Source: Squalus acanthias
Taxonomy: Eukaryota
Assembly (NCBI GenBank): GCA_030390025.1
Contig: JASTWF010000034.1
Location: 3,534,001-3,598,000, forward strand
Length of the DNA: 64,000 bases
Reading direction: 5' to 3'
Made by a program: the position numbers and the translations under genes. The notes below the pieces were generated by a model that was not told where the DNA came from, searched no databases, and saw nothing but the letters and a program-made list of their open reading frames with translations. This document shows, piece by piece, positions 11,137 through 22,639 of this stretch. The first letter of the stretch is position 1, and each line of letters starts with the position of its first letter.

Positions 11137-13921
11137 GACTCTTTAAAAAGCCTGTGTGACTGGTCCTGTCTCTTCAAAAATCCTGTGTGAGTGGTCATGT
11201 CTCTTTAAAAGGCCTGTGTGAGTGGTCCTGTCTCTTCAAAAAAACCCGTGTGACTGGTCCTGTCTCTTCAAAAATCCCGTGTGACTTGTCCTGTCTCTTT
11301 AAAAAGCCTGTGTGGCTGGTCCTGTCTCTTTAAAAATCCCGTGTGACTGGTCCTGTCCCTTTAAAAAGCCTGTGTGAGTGGTCCTGACTCTTTAGAAAGC
11401 CTCAATGACTGGTCCTGTCTCTTAAAGAAGCCTGTGTGACTGGTCCTGTCTCTTTAAAAATCCCGTGTAACTGGTCCTATCTCTTCAAAAAGCCAGTGAG
11501 AGTGGACCTGACTCTTTAAAAAGGCTGTGTGACTGGTCCTGTCTCTTTCAAAAGCCTGTGTGACTGGTCCTGTCTCTTTAAAAAACCGGTGAGACTGGTC
11601 CTGTCTCTTTAAAAAGTCTGTGTGACTGGTCCTCTCTCTTTAAAACGCCTGTGTGACTGGTTTTGTCTCTTTAAAAAGCCTGCGTGACTGGTCTTGTCCC
11701 TTTATAAAAGCCTGTGTGACTGGTCCTGTCTCTTTAAAAAGCCTGTGTGACTGGTCCTGTTTCTTCAGAAAGCCTGTGTGACTGGTCCTGTCTCTTTAAA
11801 AAGCCTGTGTGACTGGTCCTGTCTCTTCATAAAGCCTGTGTGACTGGTCCTGTTTCTTTAAAAAGCCTGTGTGACTGGTCCTGTCTCTTCAAAAATCCTG
11901 TGTGAGTGGTCCTGTCTCTTTAAAAGGCCTGTGTGAGTGGTCCTGTCTCTTCAAAAAACCCGTGTGACTGGTCCTGTCTCTTCAAAAATCCCGTGTGACT
12001 TGTCCTGTCTCTTTAAAAATCCTGTGTGATTGGTCCTGTCTCTTCAAAAATCCAGTGAGACTGGTCCTGTCCCTTTAAAAAGCCTGTGTGAGTGGTCTTT
12101 CCTCTTTAGAAAGCCTGTGTGACTGGTCCTGTCTCTTTAAAAGTCCCGTGTGACTGGTCCTGTCTCTTTAAAAAGCCTGTGTGAGTCGTCCTGTCTCTAT
12201 AAAAAGCCTCTGTGACTGGTCCTGTCTCTTAAAGAAGCCTGTGTGACACGTCCTGTCTCTTTAAAAATCCCGTGTGACTGGTCTTATCTCTTCAAACAGC
12301 CTGTGTGAGTGGAGCTGACTCTTTAAAAAGGCTGTGTGACTGGTCCTGTCTCTTTAAAAAGCCTGTGTGACTGGTCCTGTCTCTTCATAAAGCCTGTGTG
12401 ACTGGTCCTGTTTCTTTAAAATGCCTGTGTGACTGGTCCTGTCTCTTCAAAAATCCTGTGTGAGTGGTCCTGTCTCTTTAAAAGGCCTGTGTGAGTGGTC
12501 CTTCCTCTTTAGAAAGCCTGTGTGACTGGTCCTGTCTCTTTAAAAGTCCCGTGTGAGTCGTCCTGTCTCTTTAAAAAGCCTCTGTGACTGGTCCTGTCTC
12601 TTAAAGAAGCCTGTGTGACTGGTCCTGTCTCTTTAAAAATCCCGTGTGACTGGTCCTATCTCTTCAAACAGCCTGTATGAGTGGACCTGACTCTTTAAAA
12701 AGGCTGTGTGACTGGTCCTGTCTCTTTCAAAATCCTGTGTGACTGGTCCTGTCTCTTTAAAAAGCCGGTGTGACTGGTGCTGTCTCTTTAAAATGCCTGT
12801 GTGACTGGTCCTGTCTCTTCATAAAGCCTGTGTGACTGGTCCTGTCTCTTTAAAAAGCCTCTGTGACTGGTCCTGTCTCTTTAAAAAGCCTGTGTGACTG
12901 GTCCTGTCTCTTCATAAAGCCTGTGTGACTGGTCCTGTTTCTTTAAAAAGCCCGTGTGACTGGTCCTGTCTCTTCATAAAGCCTGTGTGACTGGTCCTGT
13001 TTGTTTAAAAAGCCTGTGTGACTGGTCCTCTCTCTTCAAAAATCCTGTGTGATTGGTCCTGTCTCTTTAAAAGGCCTGTGTGAGTGGTCCTGTCTCTTCA
13101 AAAAAACCGTGTGACTGGTCCTGTATCTTCAAAAATCCCGTGTGACTTGTCCTGTCTCTTTAAAAAGCCTGTGTGACTGGTCCTGTCTCTTCAAAAATCC
13201 CGTGTGACTGGTCCTGTCCCTTTAAAAAGCCTGTGTGAGTGGTCCTGCCTCTTTAGAAAGCCTGTGTGACTGGTCCTGTCTCTTTAAAAGTCTCGTGTGA
13301 CTGGTCCTGTCTCTTTAAAAAGCCTGTGTGAGTAGTCCTGTCTCTTTAAAAAGCCTCTGTGACTGGTCCTGTCTCTTAAAGAAGCCTGTGTGACTGGTCC
13401 TGTCTCTTTAAAAATCCCGTGTGACTGGTCCTATCTCTTCAAACAGCCTGTGTGAGTGGACCTGACTCTTTAAAAAGGCTGTGTGAGTGGTTCTGTAGCT
13501 TTAAAAAGCCTGCGTGACTGTTCCTGTCCCTTTAAAAAGCCTGTGTGACTGGTCCTGTCTCTTCAAACAGCCTGTGTGACTGGTCCTGTCTCTTTAAAAA
13601 GCCTGTGTGAGTGGTTCTGTAGCTTTAAAAAGCCTGCGTGACTGTTCCTGTCCCGTTAAAAAGCCTGTGTGACTGGTCCTGTCTCTTTAAAAAGCCTGTG
13701 TGACTGGTCCTGTCTCTTTAAAAAAGCCTGTGTGACTGGTCCTGTCTCTTTAAAAAGCCTGTGTGACTGGTTCTGTCTCTTTAAAAAGCCTGTGTGACTG
13801 GTCCTGTCTCTTTAAAAAGCCTGTGTGACTGCTCCTGTCTCTTTAAAAAGCCTGTGTGACTGGCCCTGTCACTTTAAAAAGCCTGTGTGTCTGGTCCTGT
13901 CTCTTTAAAATGCCTGTGTGA
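11137..13921. repeat. 31-bp satellite, unit CCTGTGTGACTGGTCCTGTCTCTTTAAAAAG (~90 copies), within the putative GPCR intron
   Basis: Direct 31-bp periodicity, e.g. unit starts at 13757 and 13788. Confidence 0.97.
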
Positions 13922-14797
13922 ATGTTTATCTGTCACTGAATGAGACTCCGCCCTCTTGTTTACGTGTTTATTGCATGTTATACAATTAAGAGACAGAATG
14001 GAGGTTTTTTTTTTATACATGACCAGGAATTTTGGGACCACAGGGGTGTTGATGGTGCAGGATTACTGAGACAATTCTTTGACACTGTAGTGACTTCACT
14101 GAGTTACGGAGAAATGAAGCCCTCGGCCTCGAAAGCCGTCATTGACTGCAGTGGAGCTGAATATCAGCCGCTGCGTGTAACGTGCGCCCGATCCGATACC
14201 GCCCGATTAGCACCACTGCCCAAGACGAATGTCTGTAGACATCGGCAGATATCAAATGTCACAGCGTGCTGACGAATTGGACTAAGACTTTTCCTCTCTA
14301 AGACACGGCTTGAACCCACTGAATGTCATTTGTTATCTTACGAGACAGATTGCTCGAGGGGTGGGGAGATATAAGAGTTGTATCTAAAATTAATTACAAG
14401 CATTTCTGTCTCATCAAAAACTCTGCTGCCTGTGTCCTAACTCGTACCAAGTCTCGCTCCCTCATTATCCCCCCCCCCCCTTGTGCTCGCTGACCGACAT
14501 TGTCTCCCGGTCCGACAATGCTTTGATTTTAAAATCTTCATCCTCGTGTTCAGCCACAACTCATTGCCAAGTGTCCAGTAAAGGATTTGCTTCCCAAAAA
14601 TGCCAAACGTTAGTTTGGTTGTGTTCAGTATTTTACCGTAAGTACGTTTCATCCCCAGGGCCACAGGTGGATTTCTACAATTGGCATCAAGGGGACAACA
14701 TGCACAGGGGAGGGGGTCGAATTCGGCTCAGACTGTAGCTCAAAACACCATCACCTCCAATTTCCCCCTTCAAGTCACACACCATCCAGGCTTGAAC

Positions 14798-15209
14798 ATT
14801 TTTTTATTCATTCATGGGATGTGGGTGTCGCTGGCAAGGTCACATTTATGGTCCACCCCTAATTGCCCTTGAGAAGGTGGTGGTGAGCCGCCTTATACAC
14901 TCAGTGGCTTGCTAGGCCATTTCAGAGGGCAGTTAAGAGTTAAACACATTGCTCTGGGTCTGGAGTCACATTTCGGCCAGACCGGGTAAGTACGGCAGAT
15001 TTCCTTCCCTAAAGGACATTAGTGAACCAGATGGTGTTTACAACAATCCGGTAGTTTCATGGTCACCGTTCCTGATCCTAGCTTTTCATTCCAGATTTGT
15101 TTAATTAATTGCATTTAAATTCCCCAGCTGGTGGGACTTGAACTCTGGATCATTTGTTCAGTCATCTGGTTTACTAGTCCAGCAACATAACCACTATGCT
15201 TCCGTACCC
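14798..15209 (-). mobile_element. tRNA-derived SINE (same family as 713-1128) inserted in a LINE 3' fragment (14740-15400)
   Basis: Reverse-complement match to 713-1128 across head, core and tail. Confidence 0.75.
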
Positions 15210-15574
15210 TTCAAATATATCGCCGTTCCTTCATTGTCACTGGGTCAAAACCTGAAATTCCTCCATAACAGTATTGTGGGAGCACCTTCACCATGGGGAC
15301 TGCAGTGGCTCAAGTTGAAGGCCCACCATCTTCTCACGGGTGACTAGGGATGGGCGAAAATACGGGCCATGACACCATGACACATATCCTGAGAACAAAC
15401 GATAGAAATAATAAAATCAATGATTTTGTAATTCGCTGATTGAAACCAGGCGAGAGCTGAGATCAGAGCGGGGCGTCATGCTCCGCTAAACAAATTGTCT
15501 CACAACTTGGATCACCAATTCAATGATTATTTGATTGTTACTGCCCATACTTTCCCAATCTCCCTATTCTTTAA

Positions 15575-18500
15575 AAAGCTGCTTGGTAAAGTACCAAATA
15601 ATACCAAAATTAAAGCCCATGGGATTAAAGTGGCAGTGGCAACATGGCTCGGAAATTTGCGAAGATACAAAAGTCAGCGAGCAGTGGTAAACGGTTGTTT
15701 TTCATACTCAGTATACAGTGGTGGTTCCCAGGGGTCGGGGTTGAGAACATTTTTCATTTCATATATATCAATGTCATGGACGTGGCTATGCAGCGCCTAA
15801 TTTGAAAGTTTGAAGACGACAGGAAACTCGGAAATGTTAATAAACAGTGAGAATGGCAGTAACAGACCTCAGGAGGACATAGACAGACTAGTGAAACGAG
15901 TAGACACATGGCAGATACAATTTAATGCAGAGAAGGGTGAAGTGGCAAATGTTGGGAGGAAGCATGAGCAGAGGTAATATAAAGTAAACGGTACAATTTC
16001 AAAGCGGGTGCACGATCAGAGAGACCTGGGGTGTACTGAAACAAATCTTTGTAGGTGGCAGGACAAGTAGCGATGGCTGTTAAAGCATACGGAGTCCTTG
16101 GCTTTACAAAGAGAGACACAGAGTAACAAAATCCAGGTAGGAATGCTAACCTTTTAAAAATCATTGGTTAGACCCCAGCTGGAGTATTGTTTCCAATTCT
16201 GAGCACCACACTTAGGCAAGCATGTCAAGGATGAGAGAAGGTGTAGAGGAGATTTACCAGAATGGTACCAGGAATGTGGGATTTCAGTTACCTGGAGATA
16301 CTGGAGAAACTGGGATTGTTCATTTTAGAGCAGCGAATGTTAAGAATCATAGAATCATCGAAATTGATGGCACACAAGGAGGCCATTTGGCCCATTGTAT
16401 CTGCGCGGTCGAAATAGAGCTATCCAGCCTAATTCCACTTTCTAGCTCTTGGTCCTTAGCCCTGTAGGTTACAGCACTTCAAGTGCATATTCAAGTACGT
16501 TTTAAACGTGATGAGGGTTTCTGCCTCTGCCACACTTTCAGGCCGTGAGTTCCAGACCCCCACCGCCCTCTGGCTGAAAACATTTCTCCCCATCTCCCCT
16601 CTAATCCTTCTACCAATTAATTTAAATCTATGACCCCGGTTATTGACCTCCCTGTAAAGGCAAATAGTTCCTCCCCATCCACTCTATCTAGGCCTCTCAT
16701 AATTTTATACACCTCAATTAAATCTTCCCTCAGCCTCCTCTGTTCCAAAGTAAACAACCCCTGGCTATCCAATCTTTCCTCATAGCTAAAATTCTCCAGT
16801 CCTGGCAACATCCACGTAAACCTCCTTTATAATGTATCTAGTGCAATCACACCTTTCCTGCAATTTGCTGACCAGAACTTTATACAGTTTTCTAGCTGTG
16901 GCCTAACTAGTGTTTTATACAGTCCGAGCATAACCTCCCTGCTTTTATATTCTGTGCCTTGGCTAATGAAGCAACGTATCCCACATGCCTTCTTAACCAC
17001 CCTATCTATATGTCCTGATATTTTTAGAGATATGTGGAAATGTACTCCAAGGTCCCTCTGTTCCTCTGCAATTCGCAGCATCTTACCATTTATTGTGCAT
17101 TCCCTTTTGTTTTTACACCTCCACAATCCATTACCTCAAAATTCTCCGAATTGAAGTCCATTTGCCACTGTTCTTTCCACTTGGCCAGGCCATTGATATC
17201 TTCCTGCAGTCTACAGCTATCTTCCTCACTATCAACCACATGGCCAATTGTGTATCATGTGCAAATGTCTTCATCATGTCTAAATCATTGATATATGCCA
17301 CAAAAAGCAGGGGACCTAGTACTGAGCCCTGTGGAACCCCACTGGAAACAGCCTTCCAGTCACAAAAACACCCATCAACCATTGACCTTTGCTTCCTGCC
17401 ACTGAAATAATTTTGGATCCAACTTGTCACATTTCCTTGGATCCCATGACCAACCTGTCATGTGGTAACTTGTCAAAGGCCTTGCTAATATCTATGTGGA
17501 CTACATCAAATGCAGTACCCTCATCGACCCTCCTCGTTACATCCTCAAAAAAATCAATCAGGTTAGTCAGATACGACCTTCCCTGAACATATCCATGCTG
17601 ACTGTCCTTGATTAATCTGTGCCTTTCTAAATGCCGATGTATACTGCCCCTCAGAATTTGTCCAATACTTTTTTGATCACCAATGTTAGACTGACTGGCA
17701 TGTAATTACTCGGTCTATCCTTTTCTCCCTTTTTATAAAATGGTACAACGTTAGCAGTTCTCCAGTCCTCTGGCACCACACCTGTAGCCAGAGAGGATTG
17801 GAAAATGATGATCTGAGCCACAGCAATTTCCTCCCTTGCCTCTCTTAACAGCCTGGGATACATGTCATCCGGGTCTCGTGATTTATCGACTTTCAAAGAT
17901 GCTAAACCCCTTAATATTTCCAGACTCACTATGTTTATCTCATCTAATATTTCACACTCCTCCTCATCTACAATGTCTGCATCGTCTCACTCTTCTGTGA
18001 AAACAGACGCAAAGTATTTATTAAGAACCACATCCACGTCTTCCGCCTCTGCACACAGATTAACTTTTTGGTCTATAATAGGCCATACTCTTTCCTTAGT
18101 TATCCTCTTGCTCTTGATGTATGTATAAAACATGATTGGGTTTTCCTTGATATTACTTGCCAATATTTTTTCATGCCCTCTCTTTGCTTTCCTAATTTCC
18201 TTTTTAATTTCACCACTGCACTTTCTATACTCCTCTAGGCTTTCTGTAGTATTCAGCTTGCGGTGTCTGACAAGCTTCCCTTTTTGTTCGCTTATCCTAC
18301 CCTGTATTCCTCTTGACATCCAGGGGGCTCTAGATTTGGAAGACCCATTCTTTTTCTTTGTGGGAATATATTTGCTCTGAACCCTCGCTATCTCCTCGGT
18401 AAATGCTCTCCACTGATTTCCCATCAAGTAGCTGTTTCCAGTCCACTTTTGCTAAATCACATCTCAGCTAAGTAAAACTGGCCTTTCCCCAATTGAAAAC

Positions 18501-18900
18501 TTTTACTCCTTGTCTAAATTTGCCATTTTCCATTAGGGGAGATTTAATATAGATGTTCAAAATTTTGATAGGTTTTGATGGAGTATGTAAGTTTGTTTCC
18601 AGGGGCAGAATGGTGGGTAACCAGAGGAAACAGATTTAAATAATTGGCAAAAGAACCAGTGGAAAGATGAGGAGAATTTTCGTTAATCAGTGAGTTATTG
18701 TGATCTGGAATGCACTGACTGAGAACGTGGTGGAAGCAAAGTCAATTGTAACTTTCGGAAGGGAATTGGATAATTGGATGACATTTTTTACAGGGCGCTG
18801 ATTAAAGAGTAGGACTAAATTGATAACTCTTTCAAAGAGACGGCACAGACACGATGGGCCGAAAGGTCTCTGTTTGTGCTGTACCGTTCTATGATTCTAT
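15575..18900. mobile_element. Adjacent CR1 fragments: + (15575-16340), - (16345-18530), + 3' tail (18535-18900)
   Basis: Degenerate RT motifs (SSGVPQGSVLGPLLFVAYINDL, WRTANVVPF, LVRPQLENCIKFWS) and CR1 3' tails ending in TTCTATGATTCT repeats. Confidence 0.85.
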
Positions 18901-19099
18901 GAGCAAGAGACAGAAAGAGAGAGAAGTGGGGTGATAGAGAGAAAGGGAGAAAGCGTGAAATAAAAATAGAGACTGAAAGACAGGGACAGGTACAGAGGGA
19001 AAGCAATTAACTTTACAAGGGGAATTGGATAAATACCTGAAGGGGAACAATTGGCAGGACTATGGGAAAAAGCAGGGGAATGGGACTAATTGCTGGGGT

Positions 19100-19580
19100 G
19101 AGGCCTTGGTGGAATTTGAAAATAAGGATGAGAATATTGAAATCGAGTTGTTCCCGGATTGGGAGCCAATGTAGGTAAGTGGTCACAGGGGTGATGGGTG
19201 AACGGGTCATGATGCGAATTAGGATACGGGCAGCAGAGTTTTGGATGAGCTCTAGTTTATGGAGGCTTGTAACTGGGAGGCCTGCCAGGCGAGCATTGGA
19301 ATAGTCGAGTCTGGATTGAACAATGGCATGGATGAGGGTTTATGCAGCGGAAGGGCTGAGGTGGAGCGGAGATGGGTGAAATTTTGGAGGTGGTAGTAGG
19401 CAGGACTGGTGATTCAGAAGATATGAGTTCAGAACTCAGCTCAGGGACAAAGAGATCATCGGGGTTGCGAACAGTCTGGTTCAGCCTCAGACATTGGCCA
19501 GGGAGGGGGACTGAGTCAGGAGATAGAGAATGCAGTTTGTGACGAGGACCGAAGAGACTGGCGTGGCTCTTCCCAAGATT
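19100..19580 (-). mobile_element. L2 LINE ORF2 C-terminal fragment (paralogous copy at 59290-59770, +)
   Basis: Reads SRLDYSNA...LELIQNSAAR...PITPVTTYLHWLPIREQLDFNIL, matching the L2 hallmark 'ITP.L..LHWLP'. Confidence 0.8.
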
Positions 19581-19850
19581 TCAATAACAAAAACTGTAAT
19601 ACAGTGAAACGTGTTTTAAAGATCTAATTGCTGGATACAGAGACTTACCACGGACACCAACAGCAGAAAAAATGAGAGAGCAAATTACAAGAACATTAAT
19701 ACAGTTAGCAAAGGTTTGCAAAGTTAATAGCTGGATACAGAGACTTACCTGGAACAACAACCAACCACAACAAGGAGGAAGAGTAAATAACAAGAATAGT
19801 AATGCAGTTTAACATGGTTTTAGAATTAATAGTTGGATAAAGAGACTTAC

Positions 19851-20115
19851 CAGGAACACCAACAGCAGCAAGGAGGGGATAGTAAATGTACTGAGTAATC
19901 ACAAGTGCGTAATAGATCCGATATCCTAATGGTATTTCATCATAACATCCTAAAAGATAGTTAATCGCCGAGGACAAAGTCCTCTCCATTGTTGTAACAT
20001 GCCAATCTACTGTTCTCAGATTCTGACCCATTGTTGTAACATTCCAATCTACTGTTCTCAGATTCTGACCCATTGTTGTAACATTCCAATCTACTGTTCT
20101 CAGATTCCGATTCAT
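19851..20115 (-). CDS. GPR139-like GPCR gene A, coding exon 1 (N-terminus with 14-aa repeats, start of TM1); probably spliced to exon 2 at 2916-3817, so likely part of a pseudogene
   Basis: MNRNLRTVDWNVTT-MGQNLRTVDWNVTT-MGQNLRTVDWHVTT-MERTLSS...YIYYPLLAAVGVP, then G|GTAAGT donor at 19850 (phase 1). Joining G to TG AAC at 3817 gives GVP-V-NLVTIV in frame. A TATA-like TATTAATA lies at ~20247-20254. Confidence 0.75.
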
Positions 20116-20293
20116 TGTTGTAACATTCCAATCTACTGTTCTCGGATTCCGACTCTCTCTCTGTGGAGCAGTGCGCTGATCCCTGTCAGTGCCGGAGGTG
20201 ATGCTCTCACTGACGCTATGGGATAACACATTGAAAGGACTCCCGTATTAATAGAAGAGGGAAACCCTGCACTGATACAATTAGAGTCCATGC

Positions 20294-20443
20294 AGACTGA
20301 CATTAATTACAGTCACTAAACAAACAGCTTCAGTTAACCCTTGGAGACTGATATTAATTACAGTCACTAAACAAACAGCTTCAGTTAACCCGTGGATACT
20401 GACATTAATTACAGTCACTGAACAAACAGCTTCAGTTAACCCC
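20294..20443 (-). promoter_or_regulatory. Three copies of a 51-bp tandem repeat just upstream of the gene A TATA-like box
   Basis: Unit ACTGACATTAATTACAGTCACTAAACAAACAGCTTCAGTTAACCCTTGGAG contains TAATTA (homeodomain-type) and AACAAACA (forkhead-type) motifs. It is conserved at the same position in gene B. A regulatory role is inferred from position only. Confidence 0.55.
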
Positions 20444-20469
20444 TTTCAATCCAACACTTTTTGTACCAC

Positions 20470-22510
20470 AGTAAAGTAGAAGATTTACCCGGTCCGGATG
20501 GGATGTACGAGGGTTGCTGAGGGAAGGAATGGTGGAAATAGCGCAGGCTCTGGCCAGAATCTTTCAATCCTCCTTGGATATGGGAGTGATGCCAGAGGAC
20601 TGGAGGGCTGAAAATATTACACACTGTTTAAAAAAGAAGAGGGGGATAAACCCTGTAACTGCAGGCCAGTCAGCCTAATGTCGGTGGTGGGGAAACTTCT
20701 GGAGGGCATATTCCAGGACAAAATTATCTGTCATTTGGAAAAACATGGATTAATAAATGACAACCAGCACAAATTTTTTTTTAAAGTCTAAGTGTGTCTG
20801 GCAAACTTTATTGAGATTGTTGATCAGGTAACGGATAGGGTTGATGAGGGTAGTGCGGTTGTTGTGCTTATGGACTTTCAAAAGGTGTTTGATAAAGTGC
20901 CACTTAATAGACTTGATTGGGAAACGGAAAACCATGGATTTAAAGGGTCAGTGGCTGCGTGGATGCGACATTGGCTGAGGGACAGATAGCAGAGAGTAGT
21001 GGTGAACGGGTGTTTTTCCAGACAGAAGGGGACTGTACAGTGGTGTTCCCCAGGGGTCGATATTAGGGCCGGTGCTCTTTTTGACAGACATTAATGGCAT
21101 GGACTAAAGTCTCAAGGCATAATTTCAAAGTTTGGAAATGACACGGAACTCAGGAAAATAGTAAACAGTGAGGAGAGTAGCAGACTTCAGGAGCACACAG
21201 ACAGACTGGTGAAATGGGCAGAAACATAAAAAAAGAAAGACTTACATTTATATAGCGCCTTTCACGACCACTGTACGTCTCAAAGCACTTTACAGCCATT
21301 GAAGCACTTTTAGAGTGTAGTCACTGTCATAATGTGGGATGCACGGCAGTCAATTTGCACACAGCAAGCTCCCACAAACAGCAATGTGTTAATGACCAGA
21401 TAATCTGATTTTTATTATTATGTTGATTGAGCAATACATATTGGCCAGGACACCGGGTAAAACTCGTCTAATCCTCTTCGAAATAGTGCCACGGGATCTT
21501 TTACGTCCATCTGAGAGAGTGGACAGGGCCTCGGCTTAACGTCTCATTCAAAAGACAGCACCTCCGACAGTTAAGCACTCCATCAGCAATGCACTGGAGT
21601 GTCAGCCTAGATTTATGTGCTCAAGTCCCAGGAGGGGGATTTGACCCGACAACCTTCTGACTCAGGCGAGTGTGCCACCCACTGAACCACAGCTAACACA
21701 TGGCAGATAAAATTTAACACAGAGTAATGTGAAGTGATACAATTTGGGAGGAAACATGAGGAGAGGCAATATCAACTAAATGGTACAATTTTATTAAATG
21801 GAGTGCAGGTACAGAGAGACCTGGGGGTTTATGTGCACAAATCTTTGAAGGTGGCAGGACACCTTGATAAGACTGTTAAAACACATGCAGGATCTTTGGC
21901 TTTATAAATAGAGGCATAGAGTAGAAAAGCAAGTACCTTATGCTAAACATTTATATATATTAGGTCTGAGCTGGAACATTGTGTTTAATTGTTGGCATCG
22001 CACTTCATGAAGGACGTCAAGGCCTTGGAGAAGGCGCAGAGGAGATTTACGAGAATGGTACCAGAGATGAGACGTTTCAGTTATATGGAGAGACTGGAGA
22101 AGCTGTGATTTTCCCCCTTCGAGCAGAGAAGGTTAAGTGGGGGAATTAATAGAGGGGTTCAAGGGTTTGGATAGAGTAAATAACGAGAAACTGTTTCCAG
22201 TGGCGGAAGGGTTCGTAACCAAAAGACACAGATTTAGGATAATTGGCAAAAGATCCAGAGTGAAGATGACGAGAATGTGTTTTACGCGGCGAGTTGTTAT
22301 GATCTGGAATGCACTGCCTGGAAAGGTGATAGAAGGAGATTCAATAATAACTTTCAAATAGGGAATGGAATCAATACTAGAAGTGAGGGACTTGCTGGGC
22401 TATGGGAAAAGAACAGGGGAGTGGGAGTAATTGAATAGCTCTTTCAAAGGGCCGGCACAGGCTCCATGGACCGAATGGCCTCCTTCTGCGCTGTAATATT
22501 CTATGATTCT
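20470..22510 (+). mobile_element. CR1 LINE RT and 3' end, interrupted by a SINE
   Basis: MDFQKVFDKVP, SGVPQGS and VVMIWNALP motifs, with a CR1 tail at ~22500. Confidence 0.85.
21235..21715 (-). mobile_element. tRNA-derived DeuSINE (SacSINE1-like) with an L2-type tail
   Basis: Minus strand has a tRNA-like head (GTGGTTCAGTGG...GGTCAAATCC) and a Deu-type core (GAGACGTTAAGCCGAGGCCC...GGACGTAAAAGATCCCGTGGCACTATTTCGAAGAG...CCGGTGTCCTGGCCAAT). The tail GGCGCTATATAAATGTAAGTC matches the L2 3' end at ~54135-54180. Confidence 0.8.
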
Positions 22511-22639
22511 CTGATAAAATAAGACATTGAGTCCTCATCTCATGTGTAAAATCGAAGTTCTGCAGTTTTTTAGCCAGATTCTAATTGTTACTTGTAATCT
22601 GATAGAGGGAATCAGGATTGATTTCCCACTTACCCTCAG

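Noticed and set aside
11137..13921. CRISPR-like repeat length, or recombination-signal-like CACA motif
   Set aside because: Units are head-to-tail with no unique spacers, there are no cas genes and the context is vertebrate. There is no CACAGTG heptamer with an ACAAAAACC nonamer.
19705..20229. 174-aa single-exon ORF (and its 145-aa counterpart at 58779-59216)
   Set aside because: Both start at non-ATG codons in the presumed UTR and read through a canonical GTAAGT donor. Only the exon-1 parts are credible.
21640..21715. Possible tRNA genes (also ~713-790 and ~10610-10675)
   Set aside because: These are degenerate A/B boxes continuous with SINE bodies, with no complete cloverleaf.
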